DNA from: Meyerozyma guilliermondii
Lineage: Eukaryota
Assembly (NCBI GenBank): GCA_051546255.1
Contig: CP128818.1
Coordinates: 310,001 to 374,000, forward strand
DNA length: 64,000 nt
Direction: 5' to 3'
In this document: piece by piece, positions 56,601-64,000 of the stretch
Layout of the letters: each line of letters starts with the position of its first letter
Position numbering within the stretch: the first letter of the stretch is position 1
Notes under the pieces: model-generated
Database searches by the model: none
Told to the model about the DNA's origin: nothing
Seen by the model: the letters and a program-made list of their open reading frames with translations, nothing else
Made by a program: the position numbers and the translations under genes

Positions 56601-56989
56601 TGCTTGATTACTCGCGATGTAGGGTATTCGGCGTCGGGGTCGTTGATGGTGGCGTCTATGTGACGCTTTTTCGACTTCTTTTTCTTCTTTTTATTGCTGG
56701 TTCCATTGGAATTTGCACCATAACCTTCGGGTACAGCTATAGTTCCGTTATGTCCATTCGAGGAAATGGGCATTTCCAGATGACTTTCGCCAGCAACAAC
56801 GGTACTTTCCAGATCTTTTCGTGCCTCCGGGTGCATGTGGTAGTCGAAATGCACGCCCTGGCCGTTTTTGAGCGCTACTCCAGGCTCGTCTGGCTCTTTC
56901 ATGTTACTTGGTGAAGTTTGAGTCGCACAAAATTTTTGGTGTGGGGAGGTGAACATTTCACATTCTCCATTCCCAAAGGTTGTGTCCAT
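53666..56989 (-). CDS. NST1: Stress response protein Nst1
   Basis: YPTSRVIKQAPNGDVIVE, CTCSSCGRR..IE.ELE, LFQERL..AY.EK, long K/E coiled coil; adjacent to RHO2. The start may be the ATG at 56902. Confidence 0.88.
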   Translation of the reverse strand: MDTTFGNGECEMFTSPHQKFCATQTSPSNMKEPDEPGVALKNGQGVHFDYHMHPEARKDLESTVVAGESHLEMPISSNGHNGTIAVPEGYGANSNGTSNKKKKKKSKKRHIDATINDPDAEYPTSRVIKQAPNGDVIVESLEDEHHDHHSNLSATIWDNLTIEEQEDLKRFWESLEEPEKVKLVKIDKKLILDLFRTFSSNQQGGQPTHHSPASSSTSLAGTPHHGCTCSSCGRRSSIIEAELEMIYDNHFDDIIDFIHEVRDIKDLNALPGLLFGGFHMLEEEHRMKKTRARRRSTDLQPQTRISPITSSTDGPPEPTTTSNVSTPSHSESVSSPSPWTNAVAGLLEKFLQENPGASWNKCSQLFQEIQEAGNQVNPGNGSSEGSDRENDDKKTAFLKDFGEMISGGFNDMTLGKQEQFHENFANGIHKIANDFLNNDGKSFVEMVEALSGSRSERADLLKSLQEIEDHSNQQEQPGTVREQIEELHDEEPVIPEDIQNQPKEVVGQYVDQRINQLSELRDRLEEEYDYDTYDDPEYDNQEYDEELSDTESEISEEEKMQEIRRLFLIQVIKLFQERLKNAYKEKLSQDRTRRLIEELEAEENAKKEKELKKLKQKEKAKEKKRLQQVAKDEERRRKEEEERAREEELRLKQEELRAEQKRRKEEARQKKEEEKRKRIEELRLKKEAEKKKQEEKERKERELKEKKERELKEKEEREMMEKKEQLKKEQQPKVEQTQEKPQAPPSQTSQSNPSVSDPISSRQDNSVSSLDPTHDLQNAILSGLEQLSLGQQPMSHILSQPSQSISQLPIQPPSQPFLDMDQIRSPVTAPAMPTQAQMPQSARGLLWGQPVNNFSPFSEGVWGSRNNSIWGNSSMSGGSIGSGTMGSGTIGSGTIGGSASIWGSQTPTLANTTMGMGLQSGINGIQGLSLEKENGSASIAGTPGNSLPGNSLPPISRNSLSGNSIPGSIPSSIPGNLSGSLPGNLSGSIPGSLPGNLAANSLPGMSPSMSVPLPQPFPANVDNEMIRTAAYQAFMLLQNSNQLEYGLAAAVKLYQTTILVLSMEVSFSQFLGLCRDDIESSYRFDYVYDDYGAVSHIKASLRSSLWN
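53978..54165 (-). repeat. Coding minisatellite in NST1 (12/15-bp units encoding GNSLP/GSIP/GNLS)
   Basis: Repeated (C)CTGGAA(T/G)TGAG units on the + strand. Confidence 0.85.
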
Positions 56990-57005
56990 TGCTATTTAAC
57001 TTTAT

Positions 57006-58967
57006 CTATTTCTCTCTCTTCTCCTGCACCAACTCGTTCACCATCTTGGTGAGTTCATCTACCTTGGCGTACAAGACAAACAATTCCCATTTGACCCCAG
57101 CATCTTTGGCTCGTTCCACTGGCTGCACTGCACACTCGATATCATCTTCAAATTCGTGCTGATTTATGGCAAATTCCGGATCCTGCTGCTCGCCCGCGTG
57201 CTGTTCTTGAAGCCGGCGCCTCGTCCCGTCGTCCTGCTCTCTCATTCCTGCCCAATTGGTGCTGACGTCGTCGTCAAATCCATCGGTCAAATCCCAGTCG
57301 GCGTCGTATTCGTTGGCATCGTCAGGAAGCCCCTTGTAGCGATTGTACTGGATCCTCTTGGCATTGGATATCTCCACACTGGTGATATAACAGAGCAATG
57401 GCAGATAGATCACCAACATCACATAGTAGTTGAGAGCCTTGTAGCTATTGTAGCTCATCACAAACGAAAACGGTAAAAGTAATACCTCGATCAAGTTGAG
57501 CGGAGGCACGAACAAGTCCTCATCGGGAGCCCGAATGTACTTGAGAGTCTTCTGGGCCACCAAACCAAAGTATTCGCTGGTGGAATTTTCCACAATCGAA
57601 GCATAACTGGTGGAATATAATGCAATAAGAATGTTCATCAAAATCACCGTGAGAAGAAACGAGTAGATGTAATACATGATCAGAGCATACGGTGGGACTA
57701 GAGGAGCCACATCGTCGAAACTGGCTTCGCCTATCACCGATTTGACCAACGAAATAAGAATCCGCCGTGTAGCCTCACTCTTACCGTCCGAGGCATCGAG
57801 CCCCAAGAATCCCTGCAAAAATCCCAAAATTACCACTCCAAGCATAACGAAGAAGATGAGTGATTCCTTCATCATCACCTTGAGCACCACGATCATGGCA
57901 CCCACAAACTTTTGAGCGTCCAAAAATAACAAAAGCCGCGACCACATAAACGGAGCAGCACAAGATAAGATCCTGAACGACATTTCGTCGTAACGGTCAC
58001 GTAAATGGCCGGTATTGTTGAGACTGAGGAGCCTGAACCCAATAGCCACCAGAATGATAGCATACATCAGATCGTTGAAAACGTTCCAAAATCGAATATA
58101 ATTGAACCCAATATGGTACAATTTGATCACCTCGTCCAAAATCAGACCAACGGTGAAGAGATAAAAGAATACCTCAAATGGGTCCAATGGTTTTGTTTCT
58201 TGTTGGTTTGTGTTCAAGATGATGGTGTAAAGAAGCAAGTAGATGAAACTGAAGCCCACCTCGAGAATATTTTGGTATAAAGGAGTTCTCACTCTCGCCG
58301 GGTCAAAATGGCTGCGAATCGACAAAGAATTGACTCCCTTGTACAAAACATACGAGTGAGGGTCAATGCTGCTTTGGATGATCCACCCTCTCCAGAGCCA
58401 GCGGATACAACGCTGGTAGCCTGAAGAACCCATGACAATAGTCGAATGCATATCGACCGCAAGCTCCAAAGCAGAAACTGGGTGCGCATCAACCCCATTC
58501 AAAGCAATGGTATAACGGTGACAAAGCATGCCCAAAAACAAAACCTCATCGTTCCTGGTTCCATCTATGATCATAACAGCAAGTTTCTGAGCAGCAATGG
58601 CTCGCAAAGTGTACAAATAATTGTCGGTGAGCTCATATTCAGCTTGCTGCCAGTACCAGTCGCACACGCGAAGCAAACAAAATACCAAACTAGCCTGATA
58701 TTTTATGGAGCTAGTTCCTGGTTTACCATTCCCTTTTCCACCAGCAGCCTTGTATGCCAATTTCAAAACTTTATCGTTAATAACGGGCGAGTTCAGCGAG
58801 GTAATTTCTTCCTCTTTGTACTCCACTGCTATCACCCGATCAATGAGTTTCTTTAAATTTAAACAGATTCGAAACGTTTGTTGAGCATTGGGACAGTACT
58901 TGTCAGAAAATGCCATGGGACCAATGTCATCAATGACACGGTCCTCTAAGTCCGCTGTGGTGGTCAT
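57006..58967 (-). CDS. YVC1: Vacuolar TRP cation channel
   Basis: SALELAVDMH, GYQRCI..LWRGWI, ILMNILIALY, FVPPLNLIE; ATG at 58967. Confidence 0.95.
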   Translation of the reverse strand: MTTTADLEDRVIDDIGPMAFSDKYCPNAQQTFRICLNLKKLIDRVIAVEYKEEEITSLNSPVINDKVLKLAYKAAGGKGNGKPGTSSIKYQASLVFCLLRVCDWYWQQAEYELTDNYLYTLRAIAAQKLAVMIIDGTRNDEVLFLGMLCHRYTIALNGVDAHPVSALELAVDMHSTIVMGSSGYQRCIRWLWRGWIIQSSIDPHSYVLYKGVNSLSIRSHFDPARVRTPLYQNILEVGFSFIYLLLYTIILNTNQQETKPLDPFEVFFYLFTVGLILDEVIKLYHIGFNYIRFWNVFNDLMYAIILVAIGFRLLSLNNTGHLRDRYDEMSFRILSCAAPFMWSRLLLFLDAQKFVGAMIVVLKVMMKESLIFFVMLGVVILGFLQGFLGLDASDGKSEATRRILISLVKSVIGEASFDDVAPLVPPYALIMYYIYSFLLTVILMNILIALYSTSYASIVENSTSEYFGLVAQKTLKYIRAPDEDLFVPPLNLIEVLLLPFSFVMSYNSYKALNYYVMLVIYLPLLCYITSVEISNAKRIQYNRYKGLPDDANEYDADWDLTDGFDDDVSTNWAGMREQDDGTRRRLQEQHAGEQQDPEFAINQHEFEDDIECAVQPVERAKDAGVKWELFVLYAKVDELTKMVNELVQEKREK

Positions 58968-59334
58968 GAGAAGAAAAGAAGGACAATAAAAAAAGAATGA
59001 AACGCGGTAATTGCTGCAGGAACAGAAAGGAACAGAAAAGGATCTGAATGCGAGGAAACTTATAAAGTGTAGTGGTTGGTTTTGTGATGGTTTTGGAGAT
59101 GGTTCCTGGTCTGTAGAGATCAATTGGACATAAAAAGTATATTAAAGAAACTTCTACCTCATACTATTACCTTTGATTCTTTTTCCTCGATTCTTCGCCG
59201 AACGCTGCTTTTGGTGGCTTAGCTCCCGCGATCTTCGCAACCATTTTTATTCGTTTTGCAATCTCATAGAAGGTTTACATTTTCACTTATTTTTATTTTT
59301 CTTCTTTATAAATAGTCTGCTCGCAGCCCGCTGC

Positions 59335-60315
59335 TCACACATGGTTGAAACTGGTATAATCAAATCCTTTATTGTTGGTTTCTGGTGAGTTCATCTCCAG
59401 TGAACCCGAAGGTGAAAGGTCTTCTGAACGACTCGAGTTCACCTCATTTATGGCTGTCACTGACCCGTCCTTCTCCTTGCGCCAAGTACGAGACAACTTG
59501 GACTTGAGGGTTTGTTTCTTCTCCTTCTTGCTTTGTCTCAATGCTCTCAACTCCGTCAATGGGTACAAATCATAAGTCCAAAACAACATGAGAAGACCAT
59601 ACCAAAAGTGGAAACACCACTCTAGAATACTAGAAGGAGTACTCAAATCCTTCACATAAAGAACGCAACATGTGACAGCCAAAGCAATTGTCACTATCAA
59701 CCAGATAATCTTAAGAATGAACGAAATGGTAAACTTGTTCCATCTTTCGCCATTAACATACTTGCGATAGTATTGACCCATAATGTAGTAGTTGGTGAAA
59801 TTAAGTGCCAATGAAATCATGATCAAAACTGCAAAAGTTGCAAGAAGAACAGCATAGTGAGATTTGGCCCTAGCATGGTTGTGGATATACACTGTAGACA
59901 CTATGGCCTGAACCACAAAGAAAACCTGACCAATGACTCCAATGGTAAGCGAAGCATAAGCAAGACGTGTCTGGATGGTGGGTTTGATAAATTTGATCAA
60001 TTTTCCAATTCTGCGGTGGTAGAATTCAAGGTACATGGAGATGCAAAATACAAACGCATGAATTATGACAAAAGAAATGAAAAATCCTGGCTCCACAATC
60101 ACACCAATTCTTTCTAATGGCGTTGGTTTATTGAGCTCATCATATTGCGGATAAGTATGATGTCCATCTTTAACCCATGCTCCTACTAGACCAAAGAGAA
60201 GGCCATACCAGCAGAAGAATCCAAAAAGTGGAATAAAGTAAAAATGATTAAACTTGGTTGTAAGAGACGCGAGGGAGGGCATTCGTACACGTCGCAAAAC
60301 TGCGGGCGGATGCAT
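59335..60315 (-). CDS. Frag1/DRAM/Sfk1-family membrane protein
   Basis: About six TM segments; W...G...Y near the N-terminus; SILEW..F.Y......YDL. The start could be 60315 or 60282. Confidence 0.65.
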   Translation of the reverse strand: MHPPAVLRRVRMPSLASLTTKFNHFYFIPLFGFFCWYGLLFGLVGAWVKDGHHTYPQYDELNKPTPLERIGVIVEPGFFISFVIIHAFVFCISMYLEFYHRRIGKLIKFIKPTIQTRLAYASLTIGVIGQVFFVVQAIVSTVYIHNHARAKSHYAVLLATFAVLIMISLALNFTNYYIMGQYYRKYVNGERWNKFTISFILKIIWLIVTIALAVTCCVLYVKDLSTPSSILEWCFHFWYGLLMLFWTYDLYPLTELRALRQSKKEKKQTLKSKLSRTWRKEKDGSVTAINEVNSSRSEDLSPSGSLEMNSPETNNKGFDYTSFNHV

Positions 60316-61148
60316 TTTATATTTAGGGAGCCCATCGTGGACAATAAGTAATTTGAACAATAATGGCTGCAACTATCCTTAATTATGTGCATGCATACTT
60401 GCCGGATCGGGCGCAAGATTCCGATGTGATTTTTCCTAAAGGAATAGAATACTGTTGTCACTTAGGCAACAATGGAAAAGCCCATACACCAGCGAAGGGG
60501 GCACCCGACAAAAGTGGTCAAAATTTTCAGAAATCAGAGCAAAATCGGGCAGATGTATCTTATGTTGGACAGGACCACACCACCAAGATTTGAGTTAAAT
60601 TTCTTGTTGGTTGATCAATTGACGCCTCGTGCTATATTTCTCGGCGTTTTCCATGAAACGCACGCTGCCTGCACGTCGACGCGTCGGTGCTGCAACCTCT
60701 TTCCCGATTGGGAACACCATCTATTGTTAAATCTTCACAGGTGGGATATAATGCCACCGAAGGCAACTATACGAGTTGTTCGCAACTAGAACACATGCCT
60801 AATAGAGAAGTTTTCGAAACTCGGACCGGTTTCCAAAAGTTTTGCCGAAAACTTTTCCATTGAAAAATTTAGGTCTTGGCTCATACTCGATGCCCTGTAC
60901 GATGTCTAAGCTCATCTCAAGTTTCGGAAGTTAAATTCATGCCATAGCCCGGACCGGACTTGGTGGCTTATGAGCTCGAATAATGGCCAAGTACTTCGAT
61001 GCGAAATGCTATTTAATACATTATGACCGAAAGGGATGGCCTTGGCGGTTCCCGTAATCGGATTTATTTGGCGACATGAAAATACGAGGCTGACGGTTTT
61101 GACTCAATTGACTGGTTTAGTCTGCTTACTCTACAGCTACGCCTCAGC

Positions 61149-62690
61149 TTACGCTTCGGCTTCACTCTTCGGCTTTTCCATCTGAGACTCAAATCCAACC
61201 GCCAAAGTCAAGCCCACGACAATATCAAACATTCCTCGGTACTTCAGCTCGGCGAAAACCTGCTTATCTTCATACACAGTGAGCCATCCCATTTTATTTT
61301 CATTGGGCTCATCGTCTACTGGATGAGTCTGGTAGTAGAGTCCATCTCCCAGAGAGTGAAAAGACTTTATATCCAGACCAGCCGTAGCTGCGTTCATATC
61401 CAAGCCAGCAGTAGCTGTATTTTGCTCAAGGCCTCGAGTGGTCAGTTTTGAGTGCAGCATCCGGTTGATTTTAGACATCAACTTTCTGCGGATTTTGGTT
61501 TCAAGAGGTCTGAAAACTGCGAGAACAGGAGGAAAGTCATGAGTGGTTCCATTGAGGTAGTCAGCACCTAGGGAATTGGCTCGGCTTCTCAGAGCCAGTC
61601 GGGTATCGATGTAATTCTGGTGAAAGTAGACGTTTCTTGGACCAAACAATTTGAGAGATTCGTCGTCTTCATCCTGCAAAACCTTGCTTTTCAACCGGTT
61701 GAGAGTGGTGGCTCGAAGACGAGGGATCGCTCCTACGTTCCAATTGATGTTGTTACAGTCCTTGAACTCATAATTTCGCAATTCTTGGTAACGACCAATA
61801 TTGGCAATGCGATCATAGGGAATGTAGCTGCTATCGATACCTTTTGGAATGACAATTCCATGGAACAACGAGTGAGGTTGCGGACTATATTGGATGGAAT
61901 CTTGTACCAAACGACTGCGCTGGGGTATGGAGAGGGTATAATGACCGCCTTCCTTTTCTGGTTTTTTATAGATCATCATTATGGGTGGTTTAGCATCGTT
62001 TTTCTCGACTCCATCGAGCTCTTTGAAAATGAGAGTATAGCCATTTTTTGCAGTCTTCTGCCTTTTGTTGGGATACACTACTTCAACGTAGTAGCTGGGT
62101 CCATTACGGCAGTAGATGTGTTTAAGACCTGGATTGGTGGTGAGGTACAAATCTTTGCCAAATTTGAGAACATGGTACTTCCAGTAAGGTACATTATTGA
62201 TGGTTTTTTCGGAGCTGCTGATGCTGGTGGTTTCTATATCGTCGTCATTTGCAGCCACATAACGAGCTGGCGAGCCATGGGGAGAGCCAAGACTGAGTTT
62301 GGAGAGCGACGAGTTGAGAGAAAATCGTTTTCGAGAAGTTGACTTAACGGAGATATTGCCGACCGAGGTTGATTTGGGAAGAAGTCGGCGAAAAGTGGAG
62401 GAGCGCCGAAGCGAGGAGGAGGAAGTGGAGTTGGACGAATTGGAAGACTTGGCAGAATTCGAATTGGCAGAATTTGAATTGTCAAAATTCGAATTGACCG
62501 GATTGTCAAAATTCTCAGTTTCTTTCATTGAGGCAGTGTCGAGTGGATGCAAGTTTGGGTTTTGTTCGCGAAACGGAGACGTGAGTGGCAGTTTGTTCAA
62601 GTACTCGTCGATACACTCATCAAGGGCGTGAGGATGCTTTGGAGACGGTTTTTTTCGAAGCGACATGAATATATACTGAAATTCATGCAC
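61149..62690 (-). CDS. Uncharacterised fungal protein
   Basis: 513-aa ORF with a Ser-rich N-terminus and globular-looking blocks (LYLTTNP..KH..CR.GPSYYVEV; KMGWLTVYED; GMFDIVVGLTLAV). The start may be 62666. Confidence 0.8.
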   Translation of the reverse strand: MHEFQYIFMSLRKKPSPKHPHALDECIDEYLNKLPLTSPFREQNPNLHPLDTASMKETENFDNPVNSNFDNSNSANSNSAKSSNSSNSTSSSSLRRSSTFRRLLPKSTSVGNISVKSTSRKRFSLNSSLSKLSLGSPHGSPARYVAANDDDIETTSISSSEKTINNVPYWKYHVLKFGKDLYLTTNPGLKHIYCRNGPSYYVEVVYPNKRQKTAKNGYTLIFKELDGVEKNDAKPPIMMIYKKPEKEGGHYTLSIPQRSRLVQDSIQYSPQPHSLFHGIVIPKGIDSSYIPYDRIANIGRYQELRNYEFKDCNNINWNVGAIPRLRATTLNRLKSKVLQDEDDESLKLFGPRNVYFHQNYIDTRLALRSRANSLGADYLNGTTHDFPPVLAVFRPLETKIRRKLMSKINRMLHSKLTTRGLEQNTATAGLDMNAATAGLDIKSFHSLGDGLYYQTHPVDDEPNENKMGWLTVYEDKQVFAELKYRGMFDIVVGLTLAVGFESQMEKPKSEAEA

Positions 62691-63867
62691 GAGACAAATC
62701 AGGAATACGGGTGTAATTACCGAGTTGAAACAGGAAATAAGAATTATGAGCCAATTGTCTAATTACACCTCGAAACAAATTGCCGGTGGATCTTGCTGCA
62801 CAAAGGTGTACCTGCCGCACGACCTGTCAAGTACCGCCCAATTGCAACATCACATGAAAGGAACATGAAACGTTGAAAGGGGGAGGTTTATGGGAGCAAC
62901 AGACGAGTATTGCGCTTAAACGGTGGATCAAAGCCGATTCGCATACAACTCGGAGACGAAATGCACATCTTGGCGCAACGGTATCGTCGTTTAAGAGAAG
63001 AATGGCTGCGGCTTGTGTCAAAAAAGAATATTGGCGCAGTTGGTGCACTGGTGGAGAACAGACGAGAAAAATAATGAGGAAGCAGAACTAATTATGGAAG
63101 TGATGTAACCAAGCTTTCATTTCAGTCTCCGCTATTTCGGTTATTTTCAATTGAACATTTGACTTCGATTTCTGATTCAACTTGCGTTCTGATTTCTTTT
63201 CAAATTTGATCTGAAAAATAATCGACTTGCCAAACTCAAAATACCGCACAGTCCTACGTCATGAGAGTAAGATTTCCTCGATTTGGAAATACTGATCTTT
63301 TGGAAATTGAAGCGACGATACAAGCAGATGTTATCGCATCTCAGCTATTGTCATTTTTGTTCTTCACAGTATAAATCTGGTCAACATGACAGGTTTCCAG
63401 AATGACTTGAACATTGACTAGTCTGTGGTATCTGAGTCATTCAATTGACACCAGTAAGTCATAATTGATTGACCACTGTTACACTTGCTATGTGAGTTTC
63501 CACACTGAACGGAAACGCTGAATCCTCAAATTCTCACACTTCTTTACGGTAAGTTGCTATAACCTAAACCTTTCATGTACTTGAATGTACTCTGGTACGT
63601 CTCGAAGAAGCTGAATCGACTCATTCGTATCCCAAAGAATCCAACGACTAGCCTTCCAGTTCTAGAATAGTCGGCATAGCAGCAAAGGCCATTTTGGTCA
63701 CCGATAAAAATATCTCTCACCCAAGCAACCACAATTTATAAGATTCCTACTTCTTCCTGTCTTTCCTAGAAATCAATTGCAATCACTCCTTCCTCTCTAT
63801 TCACTTCTCATCTTATCGCGAATTCAAAACGCGCGCTTGAATTTTCATCATACTCAATACCCGTCAA

Positions 63868-64000
63868 ATGGAAAACGGCCACAATGTAAGTTCCAGCTCT
63901 CTTTGCCTCGTTCATTTCTAACATCAGATGGAGCCTATTACTCCTGAACCACTGGTAGAACCAGCAGGCCCAGATATTGATCAACCACCGCAAACTGATG
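63868..64000 (+). CDS. 5' end of a gene truncated by the window, with a candidate 42-nt intron (63886-63927)
   Basis: ATG GAA AAC GGC CAC AAT | GTAAGT...TTCTAAC ATCAG | ATG GAG CCT..., open to the window end. Confidence 0.6.

Noticed and set aside
63448..63456. ACACCAGTA as a telomerase RNA template
   Set aside because: A 9-mer is near chance expectation (it also occurs inside a CDS at about 42482), and no other TER elements were recognised.
63808..63993. 61-aa minus-strand ORF at the right edge
   Set aside because: Better explained as antisense to the intron-containing + strand gene start.

Overview
Gene-dense (about 30 CDS, almost intron-free) chromosomal segment of a budding yeast of the CUG-Ser clade. 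In-frame CTG codons fall at normally conserved Ser positions; a Meyerozyma/Debaryomycetaceae-like species is an inference only. Recognisable genes are SPT16, PRI2, SPF1, CDT1/TAH11, VAS1, PRP31, RRP46, DBF2, DRN1, SET6, RPL21, NOC4, MCM3, TGS1, SSC1, PEP4, RHO2, NST1 and YVC1. The window also has an ATO transporter, three adjacent APC amino-acid permeases and several family-level or unknown ORFs. Elements not evident from the ORF track: (i) a snR45/U13-type C/D snoRNA at about 34550-34732 (-); (ii) an AT-rich island with an interrupted gene for a secreted, Kex2-processed, Cys-containing toxin/effector-like preproprotein (41255-41844); (iii) a ~400-bp minisatellite with higher-order structure filling the whole PRP31/RRP46 divergent promoter; (iv) a ~3-kb gap without a convincing gene between DBF2 and the ATO gene, with a possible second secreted-protein relic; (v) a 42-nt candidate intron in a gene cut off at the right edge. 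No tRNA, rRNA, CRISPR array or intact transposon was recognised.
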